Origin: Chiloscyllium plagiosum
Lineage: Eukaryota
Length of the DNA: 64,000 nt
Direction: 5' to 3'
Assembly (NCBI RefSeq): GCF_004010195.1
Contig: NC_057753.1
Coordinates: 2,067,243-2,131,242 of the forward strand
Of this stretch, positions 39,601 to 53,751 are shown in pieces. How positions within the stretch are numbered: position 1 is the first letter of the stretch; every line of letters begins with the position of its first letter. The position numbers and the translations under genes are program-made. The notes under the pieces are model-generated. The model was not told the origin of the DNA, searched no databases, and worked only from the letters and a program-made list of their open reading frames with translations.

Positions 39601-41499
39601 CTATCGTAATGGGCGAGAATTTTTTTCTTTCTTCTATGCTTACTGTCTTTCCTTTTACCTTCTGCTCAAATTAATTCAATCAAATGCTCCGAATTGGATA
39701 TGCGTTTCGTGGTTCCATATTTCAAGTAATTGATAGATTTCAGAACAAGAAACGTTTACTCAATGAGGAGAGCACAATATAAGGGAAATATAGCGTGTTT
39801 GTCGCTGGCTATTAATACAGTGATATAGTCACAGTCATAAAGCCATCAAGTTGAACAACACGGAAACTGACTCTTTGGTGCAACCAGTCCATTCCTTATT
39901 CACGTAGTTAGCTAAACGTCTTTTAAACGTTGTATCCACCATTTCCTCTGGAGGTTCATTCCACTCACAAACCATTATCTGTGTGAACGGAAATTGCCCT
40001 CATGTCTTTTTTACAAAATCTTGCTCCTCTCACTTTAAAATAGACCGTTAGTCTTCAATTCCCCCAGCCGAGGGAAAAGATAGATATCATTCACCTTATT
40101 TCATAAACCCCTTAGCCTGCTACCCTTCAGTGAGAAAAAAAGTCCCAACTATTCCAGCTTCTCCTTATAACTCAAACCCTCATTTCCAGCTACATTCTGG
40201 AAAATCTGTTCTTATCAATATCCTGGATATTAATGCACGTTGTATAACGTGGAAAGCAGAGCTGAAGACACTACTTCAGAAGGGACATCACCAACGTCCT
40301 GTACACTCAAGATAAAATCTCAACTCCTATAGTCAGAGCCCTGAGCAATAAAGGCAAGCGTGCTAAACACCTTTTGACCCCCAATCTACGTATGATGCAA
40401 AGAATTATGTATCTGAATCCATGGTTTTCTCTGTTCCACGGCAATACTCAAATCCCTCCTTCTAATTGTGTAAGTCTTGCCTTTGCTTGAAATATCAGAA
40501 TGCGATATCTTATATTTACCCACGTAAAACTTCATCTGTCAGTCATCCGACCATCTCACAAATTTTGCGGGAATTGAAAAAAAATACATCTGATATATCA
40601 TTCCATTGTGTATTTTGCGGCATTTTATAAAACATAGTGAAGTATTATGCGAGGATTACTGAATAAGATATCTGGGAAATCGGCACAGCAGACAGCTGCG
40701 TCCATATTGATTGGAATAATGAAAATATACAACTCAGTTCCGATCAAGCATAAACATCTTATCGCCACGTGCGTCAATTTCATCAGTAAGGGAAATGGGG
40801 AACACATCCATGGTCAAAAAACAATGAGAGGTTCGAGTCTATTGGTAGGGGTTTAACAATCGAAGCTTAACTAGCTTTAATGAATAGTCAATATCTGGAA
40901 AGTAGTAGTCATCTAATATCTCTATTAACATCAACGATTGTTAAGAATGAATTGAGTGTTTGAATGACAATTATCACTGACCGAGAAATACAGAAGTTGC
41001 AGACGCAATAACGCAGGATTTTCTTTTCCTTAATGAGATTAGGTTAAAAGAAGTTTCCAATCATTATACAGAAAGCATTATCGAATCGATATGGGAATAA
41101 TAATTTTCCACATATTAAGAAAAATAAAGATCTTGCATGTATGGATGGTACAGATCATACAAGTTTTATGAAGATTCCATATCTATCACGCAACGTGGTA
41201 GATATGGAATCTTTACTACATTTTAATGGACAGTGTAGGATTGGATTCTCTCATTGCTAGTTGACGTTACCATTGCCAAGAGTTGCTCTGACTTCCAATC
41301 TGTGAGGAATGATCTTTCACACCTAATGAAATGCCAGCAATGTCTTTTAAGCATTGACATAAGGTCATATAATTGCTTGTTTAGGAAAACCAGACAAAAT
41401 TGTGCTTTACTTAAAGACATATATTATCTCTTTACTGTTCTTTTTAAACTAATAAAAATATTTTCTTATGTACGATCAGCGGATAGAAAATCTAGATAG

Positions 41500-43430
41500 A
41501 GTTATACAATCATAGAGTCCTACAGCACGGAGACATGCTCTTTGGACTGATATAGTCCTTGCCGACCAAAATATCCACATCCGCTAACCCCATTTCCCTG
41601 TGCTTGGTCCATATCCTTCGGAACATTTCTGATCCATATACTTGCCCAAATGCCTTTAAATGTTGATCATGTACCCGCCCCAACAAGTTCTGCTGATGGT
41701 TCATTCCATATGTGTAACACCCTCTGTGTAAAAAAGTTGCCCCTCAGTTCCCCTTTCAATCTTTCGCCTCTAACCTTAAACTAGTGCCCCTAGCCAGTGA
41801 TTTCCCAACCATGAGAAAAAATGTTGAGTACATTCAGTTTGCCCATGCCTGTCATGATCTTATACATTTCTAAAAATACCTTTCAATCTCCTACGCTTGA
41901 AAGAAAACAGAGGTCGTAAATGGTCCAACTTCTCCCTACAACTCAAACCGTTGTATCCTGGCAACATCCTTATAAATTGTCACTGCCCTCTTTCCAGTTT
42001 AATAAAATTCTTCCTCCAGTACGGTGACAAAACTGAATACAATACTGTAAGTGCAGCCTCAGGATATGCTGTACAATTGTAACGTGACTGCCCTATTTCG
42101 ATATTCAATGCCCTAACTGATGAAAGCCAGTGTGGCAAAAGCCTTCTTGACTGCCCTGTCGACCTGTGAGTCCACGTTCAGGGAACTCTGCGCCTGAACG
42201 CCAAAGTCCCTATGTGGCACGACACTTCTCATGGGTCCACAATTCACCATGAAACTTCTACCTTGATTTGACTTTCCTGGAGGCAGGATCTCACACTTGT
42301 ATTCATTAAAATCCACTTGCCATTTCTCGGTCCATCTCTCCATGCAATTTCTGATTAACTTTCTCATTATCCACAATACTGCCTATTTTATTGTGATATT
42401 CAAACTTAATAATAATACCTTGTGCATACTCATACAACTCATTGACATCGATAAAACGCAGTAAAATGGGTCCAGCAACCACTCCCTGTGGCAGACCATA
42501 AGTCACAGACCTTCAGCCTGACAAGTATCCTTCAACTATGGCATTCTGTTTCCCACCATGAAGCCAATTGTGCATTCAATGTGCCAGGTCCACTTGGATT
42601 CCATGGGATCTAACCTTTCAGAGCAGCCTATCATGTGTAACATTAGCAAATGTTTTACTGAAAGCCATATAGACTTCTTCTACCTCCCTGCCCTCGTCAA
42701 CCTTCTTGGTCATGTGTCAACGATCTCTAACAAATTTGTGAGGCATGAACTCACACTCACAAAGCCATGCTGACTTCTCTTAATGAAACCCTAGCTTTCC
42801 AAATGCATGTATATCCTTCCCTCAGAATCTTCTGAAGTACCATACAAACCACAGACATTCGGCTTACTGGTCTATAGTTCCCAGAGTTTTTTGCAGCACT
42901 TCTTTAATAAGGGCACAACATTCACTACCCTTCGGTCTTCTGCAACCTCATCCATCGCTAAGGATGATGCAAATGTATCAGCCAGGGCCACTGCAATTTC
43001 TTCTCAATACTCATGCAGTGTTCTCATTGTCAGGACGAGAGGATTTTTTTCACCTTCATACCTCCTCTAATTTGAAATAGGATGTCCCCAAGATGTGATC
43101 ACTAAATTCCCTAAATTCCCAAGTCTTCATGGCCTTCTCCACCGTAAAAAATAGAGGAGAAATATTCAATGAAGACTTCGTCCATCTCCTGCGTTTCGGC
43201 ACATAGATATTTACTTTGGTCATTGAGGAGGTCCTATTTTCTCTCCAGTTACTATTTTCCCTTTATACTTATTTTTTTTTTAAAAGGAAATACCTCTTGG
43301 ATTCACCCTAATCTTCTCAGTCCATGGTGTATCTTTCCCCTTTCGTCTGCCTGATTTTCTTTAGTAAATTCTTGTATCCCCTATAAACTTCCAACGGTAT
43401 CCTTGATCCCAGCTGTCTGTAACTGAGTCA
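41500..43430 (-). mobile_element. CR1 LINE ORF2 fragment
   Basis: GLPQG and WTEKWQVDFNEYKC motifs; CTATGA tail at about 41505. Confidence 0.75.
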
Positions 43431-43599
43431 CGACCCCTTGTGAAGCAAAGTTTATTTTCCTATTCCTTTTTTTCAGGTTTTTTTTGGAAATGTCTGTCAC
43501 GTTACCAAATTGATTCACACAATACTGAAGAGAGACAGGATCATTCATGATCTATCAATGTATTTCAGAAAGATAATTTTGTTTTACAAATGTGTACGT

Positions 43600-43900
43600 G
43601 TGGCACTGAACGCACCAGCAACATAGGCTTGATGTCCACTTTCTAAGTAGAGGATGCACGTGATACCTGCGTGTGTGGGGGTTTTCTCCAGGTCCTCCGG
43701 TTTCATCCCATCTTGTGAAGATATGTTAGGTAGGTGGATCAGCTATATCAAGTTGTCGCATAGTATCTGGGGATGTGCAGCCTAGTTGAATTAGCGATGG
43801 TAAAAATGCAGGGCTGCAGGTTCAGGGTAGGGAACATGGTAGATTGGATATTCTTCAGAGAGTCTTGGTGAGATGAATGGCCTCTTTCCTTTTTTTAATG
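43600..43900 (+). mobile_element. V-SINE/HE1-like SINE (decayed)
   Basis: V-domain-like GGTTTTCTCCAGGTCCTCCGGTTTCATCCCA...AAGATATGTTAGGTAGGTGGAT; paralogue at about 52370-52610. Confidence 0.65.
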
Positions 43901-44544
43901 CTACTATATGGCTTTGCTGGAGAAATGTTTGAGAAGTGATTGCAGGAATACATACAATATTTAACATTTTATTACAAATATTAATTATTTCTGTAAAAAA
44001 AATCCTCGAAGTTTATTGATTAACCTTTATGCCAAGTGAGAACTGGAAACATTGTTCGTGTTATGATATTTGTACAGGACGAATGTACTTCCAACTTCTT
44101 CATGTGCTGCTCAGGGTTTATAAACTAGGGAAAATAATTTTTTGTGGGACACGTGAGACACTGGGACCTTCTCGCAATGCACGTAGGACCGAATATCAAC
44201 GGGGTTGCAGGCCATGATATGCAAACATGTCGACATTTAAAAATATGCCAACGATTTAGACCATACTAGACTTCAGAAATAGACTTCAATGTGATGCTGA
44301 TTTCAGTAGACAATTGGCTGAAAACATTGCTCTTGAATTGTTTGAAAATTACCTTTTCATAGTGATATGAATAAAGTGTGCAATTCTAAAATGTGTTCAG
44401 AACAACTGAGGTCAATATTAACATATATATTCGAAGATAGCATCATACTTTGAGAAGGCGGCTCAAAACCGCGTCGGATAATTGCAATGGAGATTGAGAG
44501 TTAGTGTACAATATTGCAGGGGAATAAGGTAAATAACATTAAAC

Positions 44545-45870
44545 ATAACGAACGGGACAGAACAGTACAGGTCCTTCTGCCCTCGATGTTGCGCCGATTT
44601 TTTTTCCAACTTTAAGATCAAACTAACCTACATAACCTTCATTTTACTATCATTCATGTGCATATACAATAGTCGCTTAAAGGTCACTAATGTAATTGAT
44701 TTTTCTACACCGTTGGCAGTGCATTTCACACACTTACCACTCTCTGTGCAGAGGAGAGAGCTCTGACATCTGCCCTATGACTTCCTCTGATTAGTTTAAA
44801 ATTATGTCACTTATGAAAGCTATTTTCGCCCTGAGAAAAATGTCTCTGACTTTTCACTCTCTGTATGCCTACCATCATCCTGTACACCTCCAACAAGTCA
44901 CTTTGTATTCTTCTTCGCTCTAATGACAAAAGCCCTTGCTCGATCCACCATTCTTTCTAAGACATACCCTGCGAGCCAGGCAGTACTCTGGCAAATCTCC
45001 TCTGCACCTTTGCTTCCACATGTTTCCTATAATGAGGGGTCCAAGACTGAACACAATATTCCAACAGTGGTCTAACCAGGCCTCTGAAGAGCTTCAACAT
45101 AAACTCGTAGCTCTGAACTCAATCCCCTGTTAATGAAAGCCAACACAGCATACGCCTTCTTAACTATCCTATCATTTTGGGAGGCAACTTCAAGGGTTCT
45201 TTGCACATGGATCCCAAGATCCCTCGACTCGTTCAAACTGCCCAAATCCTGCCTTTACCGCTGTAATCTGCATTCAAATTTGATCTTGCAAAATGAGTCA
45301 ATCAGACTTTTCCAGATTGAAGTTCATCTGCCACGTTTTAGCACAGTTCAAACCTGTTAATGTCTCATTACCACTGCCATCCGCATTAAACACAACTCCA
45401 TCAACTTTCGTGTCATTGTAAAACTTACTAACCCACACTTCCACATCCACGCCAAAGTCATTTATATTAAAAAAAAATCACACAGCAGTGGTCCCAGAAC
45501 AAATCCATTCAGAACAGCATTGTTCACCGAGATCCATGCTGAATACTTTCCATCCACTAACACACTCTGACTTCTATGAGCCAGGCAATTATTTGTCTGG
45601 ACAGCCAGATTTTCCTATATCCCATGCCTTTTCACTTTCTGAATGAGCCCATGATGAGGAAACCTATCAGAAAATCTATTCTAATCTTGCAAAACTATAT
45701 GCACAGTACATCCATTACTCTACCTACATCGATGTTTTTTTGTTACATTCTCAAAGAATTCAGTCAGGCTTGTGATGTTGACTACCTCTAATCAAATTAC
45801 CTTTTGCTCCAAATAATTGCAAATCCTTTGTCTCAGAACTCTCTCCAATAGTTTGCACACCACAGGCGGT
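44545..45870 (-). mobile_element. CR1 LINE RT fragment
   Basis: DDTKV-like, RDLG and LEYCVQ-like remnants; 3' tail at about 44545. Confidence 0.7.
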
Positions 45871-46013
45871 CATGCACACTAAACCCAAAATGTGTTTGAA
45901 CTACAGGTTTTGTCGATAATAGTAACTCAGTTCATCTAAAAAACTTTATGTTCCACGTTATATTCTACCTACCATATCTCTGCCAGTCACTTTACCTGTC
46001 TGTATATCTCTGC

Positions 46014-46784
46014 GGGGAGAAAGTGAGGACTGCAGATGCTCGAGATCAGAATTTCTGATTCCTGATGAAGGGCTTATGCGCGAAACATTGATTCTCCTGC
46101 TCTTCGTATGCTGCCTGGCCGGCTGTACGCTTCCAAACCAGACTCTTTACCTGTGGACTAGCCACAGGACGAGCCACACTACCATACATCAAGAGCATTT
46201 CCGAACTGACAGCCAGACTACTGCGACCACTAGGACTCATAACAACACGCAAACCAACAGCCACACTCAGACAACAAGTCACCAGGACAAAGGACCCGAT
46301 ACACAGCATTAGTAAAACCAATGTGGTGTACAAAATCCCATGCAAGGACTGCAAAAACACTACATAGGACAAACAGGAAGACAGCTAACGATCCGCATCC
46401 ATGAACACCAACTAGCCACGAAACGACACGTCCAGCTATCCTTAGTATCCATAAACGCAGAGGACAAGCAACATGAGTTCGACTGGGACAACACTACTAT
46501 TATAGGCCAAGACAAACAGAGAGCAACCAGGGAATTCCTAGAGGCTTGCCACTCATCGTCAGATTCAATCAATAAGCACATTGACCTGGACCCTATATAC
46601 CGACCACTGCAGCGGACAGTTGGAACTGACAACCGGAAGCGGCAGATTCAAACCATTACAACTGCCGGAGGAAAGATCACAGAAGCGTTTCACAGGAGGC
46701 TCCCAAGCACTGAAGATGTCACCTAGACAGGGGACGAAACGTCTGCACCAGAAATTCCCAGCTCGGCGAACAGAACCACAACAT
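46014..46784 (+). mobile_element. Composite Penelope insertion (family-1 pseudo-LTR joined to family-2 GIY-YIG end)
   Basis: Inverted family-1 tail at 46015-46050, family-1 hammerhead box at 46062, then HYIGQTGRQLTIRIHEH...REFLEA and a family-2 hammerhead. Imperfect flanking repeat CTTTACCTGT...TGC on both sides. Confidence 0.8.
46707..46746 (+). ncRNA. Minimal hammerhead ribozyme motif (PLE family 2)
   Basis: GCA-CTGAAGA-T-GTCACCT-AGAC-AGGGGAC-GAAAC-GTC-TGC; intact core boxes. Confidence 0.7.
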
Positions 46785-49700
46785 CTTTACCTGTGTATTT
46801 CCCTGCAGGTGTTTGTCTCTTCCTCACCATTTGTCTTCTTCCCAGTCTTTCTTATACCACAACTCCCTTGTCTCATTGATATCATAAATAGATATTGGCA
46901 ATAATTATAATCCCATTAAGAATGCCTGTAGTATTCCACTGACTATGGGTTGCTGTCTGGAAAATATCTCTCTTAACCCAATTCTGTTTTCTATTAACTA
47001 GCCAGTTCTCTATACATGCATATATAGACTTACTCACCTTGGGTCATATTAAGCAATCTCATGTGTAGCATCTTATCGAATACCTTTTGTAAATTCAGAT
47101 ATATTACATCCTTTGGCTCCCCTTTATCGTCCTGCGTGTTACCTCGAGGAATTATAATATGTTTGTCTGCTACTGTTTCCTTCTTAATAAATCCATGTTA
47201 AAACCACTTGATTCGTTTATGTATTTCTAAATGTTCTCCAATTACATCATTTATGATATATTCTAACATATCTCTAGTGGCCGATTTTATGCTAACTAAC
47301 TTTTTTTGTCCTTCTTTTAGTTTTCCAGTTCTTTTGGACTTTTCCAGCAGGTAGGCATCTCGGAATGTTTCTCGGAATGAATCTCAGAATGGCGGCCATG
47401 CCTCCATTGCCTCTTGAGCTACTTCCTTTGATATCCAAGTGCAAAACTCATCAAATTAAGGGCACTTATCGGCTTCGAGACCCAGCAATTGCCCTCGTAA
47501 TTTTTTGCTCGTTATAATCATTCCATTTTCTTCCACCCGTGCTATTTTCTATTGACGTTTTAGTAGGATTGGAGTGCTGTTGCTGGTTATTTCCATGCAT
47601 GGGCGAATTCCGATATCCATCCCACTCCCTAGCACAGCCCACATCTCTTCTTGAAAATTTCCAGAGGGCTACTTCATTCAATAAACTAATTTTGATCCAT
47701 TAAGAAATCCTGTTCTTTGTGACCATTCTTAGAACAGCAACAGAAACTCATTCACTAGCTAGAAATTGCACTGGAGGCATCATTCTGAAAGTGTCCAACT
47801 CTAAACTTGAAAACATCAAATAAATTGGTTTGTACAGGGATCGTTTGCTGACTGTCGCTACTTCTAAACTGTTGACAAATTTGGCCTATGCTGCATGGTT
47901 TCACTCACCATCATCTTTGTTCTCTTTACTGCATTTTTCCTGACTTTAAAAACAGAAAACGTGGGGAATACTCAGCAGAAATACATGGCCTGATAAATAG
48001 GGTCAATGGTTTAGCGTGATGACATGTGTTACCCGCCAGAGATAGAACTAGTGATTGAAGAATTCGTTTAGGCAGACAAATAAGAAGTTATAATAATTTA
48101 AATTGTTTTTGACCTAGATTGACACTGTAATTTGGGAGAGTTTTGGAGTAAGTGTTCCTGAAGAAACGAACATTGGAAGCGAAAATTATCACATGTAAAG
48201 CTTTCTGAATGTCGGCTGTGGATAGAAATGAGCACATTAAAGATTGACAGTTTTTTTTACAGATGAGGATCTGCAATGAAGTGAGGATACAGATCTAATT
48301 TTTGTTCATAACATTTAATAAAAGAAACGTGATGAGTACTTCAGGACCATGAGGTTATGTTTGGGATAGACCTAATGTACTGGAACTCCCTGTCTATAAC
48401 TTGCGATCATCTTACTTCAGATTCTTCTTCGAATCGAGAACTTTGTTGTCAGAACTACAAAAAGGACAATCAGGAAAATAGAATGTACGACATCGAACAG
48501 AGAACAGAACAGCACAGTACAGGCCCGTCAACCCTCACTGTTGAGCCAGCCTTTTATCCAACTCCAAGATCAGACACACTTGCAATTCCTTCAATGCACT
48601 AACTTCTATGTGTCTATCCAAATATGTGAAAGAAAAGCCAGCAGACAAGAAGTGAAAGATTTGAGACAAGAATAATAATTTACTGGGATTGAGAATCTGG
48701 AAAGGCTGCGTTTGGAAATAAATTGAACAGTTGTTTGGCAGGTTATATTAGTATCCTTTTTAACTATCATGTATAAACTTTATATTTGTGCCTTTTGTCT
48801 CTCGACCAACTTGAGTATTTTCTTTCCAGCAAATCAACCTCAACTACTCCTAATGCTGAACACTTCTATTTAATCTTTCAAAAGTTTCTTCCCTTAGTCA
48901 AACAACCTCAAATTCTCCAAAACCTCTTCTGAATCATATCAGTCATCACCGGAATAACCTTGGTAAACCATTTCTGCATACATCTGAAATGGTATTAGCA
49001 GGTTTTTAAACGTCCAGTCAATCTTAAGTTGCGTTTATTGTTCAAACAAACACCTATATGTAGAGTTCTGGATCCCGGAAATCTATCCTGCCACCTTCAA
49101 GTATTTTTAGACATATGCCTCTTGGTATCACTGTCCCCTCAGCAATATGAGATGTTCAGCTCCTCTTTACGCCACTCTGCTGCATTCAAAACGTTGCTTC
49201 TGCATATTAGCGTTTTTCATTCTTGTAATATAGCTGTGGAACTCTAGAGAAGCAAGGACGGAACAGGTAGAGGCACGTGAACAAGCAAGCTACAGGATTC
49301 CACCAGAATAGATAAATAAATTTGCGCAGCAATCCAACAAGACGCTGAGATGGCGGGGTTCATCAGTTATGGGTCTGTTGGTCAAAACGTGTTCCTAATG
49401 AATACGTAATGCTCACATCTCAGCCCTGGCTTGCGTTCCATGAGCAGCAAGATAGAATGGGCATCTGCAGTATTTTTGTCTCTAAAGACGGATAAAAGAA
49501 TGGTTGTTTGAAACAATTTATTTCACTTAACCACGTTTACGGCAAGCCTTTAATTACTGAAACTTGCTCAGTCCATAAGTCAGCTTCATATGAATGGCGA
49601 ATTATATGTCGTGTATGGAGGGTGTGAATTCAATTTTGAATAAGAACAGCATTTACTGATATGGATCAGGGAGTATTTGAACGTCAGCTGTATTACAAGA

Positions 49701-52369
49701 TTACCAACAATCTTGAAAAATAGCGATCTTAATTTGATGAGACCAATTTATGTGGATAGATGAGTGATATGTCCCAAGGAAATGATGCAGGGATTCTGCA
49801 CAAGATCAATTCTGAAAAAAAAGACTATTTAGCTCTTTTCTCATTTTCAGTTTCCTGCAAGACGAGAAAGGACATTAAGACATCTAAATATCCGAAATTT
49901 AAATGACATAAAAATGCTATGAACGCAAATTGTAAGAACAGAAATCTTACAAGAAGCGCCAGCAATTGTTACAAATTTTCAATCATGTGTGAAAGGATTT
50001 GTGTTAACTGATTTATTTCCTGATGAAAATCGAAGGAGATATGCCCCTTGATGTGTAGGATGGACGACAAAGTAATCTCACAGTGCGGGTGCACAGCAAG
50101 AAGAAACACGGCTATCACAATAAAGAAAATGAAACACCGAGTTAATTCTAATTGGATTGAACTGAAAAGTTGTGATATTACATTACTCTTATATTGGAAG
50201 TTAATAGGATATATTGCTGCTTGTTGACTGTCTGAATTACCATTTTGAGGCCCATGAATTGCTTGTACTAACAGAACTGCAAGTCGACATCTTTCAGACA
50301 TAATGAGCCAGAGCCTAAGCTCTTCTTTTCCCTGATGAAATGTTTCGTCCGACACAGTTTTACAAAACCAACATGTCAGAGGATGACAACCGAAAGAACT
50401 ACAGGTGCTGCAAATTAGGAACAAAAACTGAAATAGCTGGAAAGGCTCAGTCGGTCTAGCAGCATTCGTACAGAGAAATTACAGTTAACATTTCTGAGGA
50501 AGGGTCAATCGAACGAAGATGTTAATTTTGATTTATCTCTACAAATTCTGCTGCTCCGGCAACGTCGAAATAGTATTATCAATAATGGTTGGTGAAGAGG
50601 TATGAGAGCACATTCCCCCTTATCATAATCAGCCCCACGTGTCATTTGGGGCGAAATACCATGATTCTGCCATTAAATCCGGTATTATTTCAGAATTGTT
50701 GGTGCACAGTTTAATGAGCTCAATGAAGTACTGCAGGTATTGCTGACTCAGAACTTTGTACTGTTGCATTTTAACTTTCACCAACTGGTATCTCTAAATT
50801 CGGACTTCAGAACTTCGGACTGTAAATTCGGAAATCGTTTATCACTGGTTACAGATTCAACGCGAGTACCTGCATATTTACCAAAAAATCCACTTAATCT
50901 GCCTAACTTTAAATCCATCAATTTTAACTATAAATGTTTGCCTTCCTGCGGTTCTTACGGTCTTTCCTCTTACGTTCTGTTTATCCTAAAGCAATGAAAT
51001 GCGCTGAATTGGATATACACTTCTTGGCTCCTTACTCCAAGTCATTGATAGATTTCATAACAAGATATGTTTACTCAATGAGAAACTTAACGGGTATGTG
51101 CCAATCTAATAACACATTTTAAACAGTTGCATAATCATAGTCACAGAGTCTTAGAGTCACACAACATGGAAACAGACCTTTTGGCCCAATCAGTCCATGC
51201 CGACCATAACCCAAACCAATTCCCTTTCACCTGCCCACCTTTGACCCTTTTCCTTCCAAACATTGCTTATTCATGTAAATGCCTTTTAGAAGTTGAACTA
51301 TTTACCACCTCCTGTGGAAGCTCATTACCACACCAAACAAATGCCTATGTAAATACAAAAACACTGCTCCCTTTTTTTTTAATCTTCCTCCTCTCACCTT
51401 GAAATATGAGCCCCAGTCTTGAATTCCTTCGCCCTAGGGAAAAGTCACTTGTCATTCACTTTATTTCATCCACCCGTCAGCTTGGCAATCTCCAGGGAAA
51501 AAAAAATGTTCCAGTGTATCCAACCTCTCATTATAACTGAAATCCTTCATTCCTGGCAACATCCTGGCAAATAATTTCTGAACTCTTGCGAACATATTAA
51601 TATGTTTTCTATGACATGGAGACTAGAACTGGACAGAGTACCATAGATGAGATATCAAAAACATCCCGCACATAATCAACATGATGTCCCAACTCCTATA
51701 CCTAAAAGTATGAACAATGAAGGCAAGTGTACTAAACGTGTTCTGAACCACTATAACCACCTACCTAAATGTAATACAAACATAAAAGAATTATGTCTCT
51801 GAATCCCTAGGTCTCTCTGTTTTACAACGCTACTCGAAGCCCTCCTTCCAATTGCATAGGCTTATTTTAGCAAAAAGCAACTCATCACATTTATCCAAAT
51901 TAAACTCTATCGGCCATTCCAGCCCTTCTCACAAAGTTGACGGGAACGGTAAAAAAAAAACTAACATGCATCTGAAATGTAATTCCATCTTGTGATTTGC
52001 TGCCCTTTACAAGACAAACTTTAATTTTACGACAGGGATACTGAACAAGATATCTGGGAAATCGGCACAACAGAGAACTGCTTCCCAATTCACTTATATA
52101 AGGAAGTCTACACCATAGGTCTGATCAGGTAGAATCATCTCACCGTCACGTGCGTCAATTTCATCACTAAAGAAAAGGGGGAAAACATCAACTTTGATAA
52201 AATATAAGAAGTTCAGAGGTTACTGATCGCACTTTGACAGTCAAAGCTTAACTCGTTTTCAGGTATACGTAACACGTGGAAATTAGCACTTGTTGAATAT
52301 CTCTGTTAAAATTAATAATTACGAACATTGGATTAGGTGTTTTGATGAAAACATGCTCACTGATCTCGA

Positions 52370-52610
52370 AACATTGCAGTAGCAATGACTCGGTATTTTT
52401 GTTCGATTGCTCTGGTTTCCTCCCATTGTGCAAAGATGTGCAGGTTAGGTGAAATGGCCACATTAAATGTCCAGAGATGCATAACCTAAGTGGATTACTT
52501 ATGGTAACGGAGAGGTTGTGGGGATAAGTTGGGGGCTGGGTAGCTGGGATGCGCTTCAGAGGGTCTTAATGGGCCGAATAACCTCCTAACTTTCTGTAAG
52601 GTTTCTGTGG
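52370..52610 (+). mobile_element. V-SINE/HE1-like SINE
   Basis: TGCTCTGGTTTCCTCCCA..CAAAGATGTGCAGGTTAGGTGAA.TGGCCA V-domain-like core. Confidence 0.7.
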
Positions 52611-52796
52611 CTCTAATTGGCTTTGTCCGATAAATGTTTGCTAAGTTATTGCAAGAAAACTATCTAATACTTAACATTTTATTCGATCATATTCATTATT
52701 TGTGTCAATAAAATTCGAGATTAATTGATTCACTTTTGTGCAAAATGAGAATAGGAACCACTCCGTGTGTTATTACGCCTGAACAGAAGGAACGCA

Positions 52797-53017
52797 CATG
52801 TATCCTTCACTATTTTTGAATGTTCGCTTTACATGAATTCGCTTTTAACAAGATATAAGTTAGTACCTGTTCTCAGTTACCAAAAGAAATCCAAAGAGGA
52901 TTTTTTTTGACAAAAAGAGGTGAAAATTTCCCATGTATATGCTTCTTCACTTTATGCCATTTTGGTTTTTGAAAGGTTTCACAGGAATGCTCTACTTCGG
53001 ATAGTGGGGGATACCTG
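52797..53017. mobile_element. Non-autonomous Tc1/mariner (Tigger-like) MITE
   Basis: Imperfect TIRs CATGTATCCTTCACTAT / ATAGTGGGGGATACCTG, followed by TA. The paralogous site at about 44085 lacks it. Confidence 0.65.
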
Positions 53018-53751
53018 TATTTCCAACAGGGTTTATAAACTTGTATGGGGGGAACGGGTGGATTTTCTGTGCGATGTATGTAACTATGCGAACTTCTCGC
53101 AGCCCATGCATGACAGAATATCAATGAGGTTGCAGGCCAAAATATGGAAGTATGCCGAGTTTCTAAAATGTGGTAATAATTTAGACCACAACAGGCTTCA
53201 CAAATTAATTGCCAAAGTATGTTGATTTCGGTAGACAAACGGCTGGAAGGATTTCTCTGGAAGTGTTTGAAAGTTGCATTTTGCTGAGCAGTATGAATAA
53301 AGTTTGCAATTTTAAAATGTGATAAGAACAATTGTGCCAATGTTAACATAAATACTTGAAAGTGGCATCATACATTCAGAAGGCTGCTCAGAACACTGCG
53401 GAGTAACGACATTCGACATAGATGGATAATGTACAGGATTGAAGGGAATATGGTAAACATTGAAAAATTATCTGCTGGCTTCTAATTGACATTATTGTTG
53501 AAAGCATACAGAATGATTGACTGCCCATTTAGGGCAAAAATAAACATAAATGGTTACAGTCTGGAGAATTATTAATATTTGAAATTATGGACATCATGTG
53601 AACTGTTGGTTCAATTAAAATAGAAATAGAGAGTTCATTAATTTGCCATGAAATCAAAAATTGGCAACATAATGCAAGTAAGCATAGTTTCAGTTTCGAG
53701 TCAACTTTAATGTTATTGAATGACTCAGCAGTTTTCAGGGACCGAATGACT

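Larger units (their letters stand above)
36900..44540. repeat. Segmental duplication, paralogous to about 47000-53470
   Basis: Colinear matches at 37505/48347, 38160/49070, 38280/49810, 40665/52047, 43700/52410 and 44300-44530/53240-53460. Confidence 0.8.

Noticed and set aside
49969..50424. Hydrophobic ORF with a paralogue at 38321-38611, resembling a leader or TM exon
   Set aside because: The opposite strand resembles a decayed CR1 RT (GIELKSCDITLLLY vs GIEFKSREVMLQLY); similarity is explained by the duplication.
51930..51988. Leader-like MELHFRCMLVFFLPFPST with GTGAGA donor
   Set aside because: GTGAGA fits the adjoining CR1 (VRW..WQM.FN), the phase is wrong for a V leader, the paralogue has a stop at codon 3, and no V exon follows.
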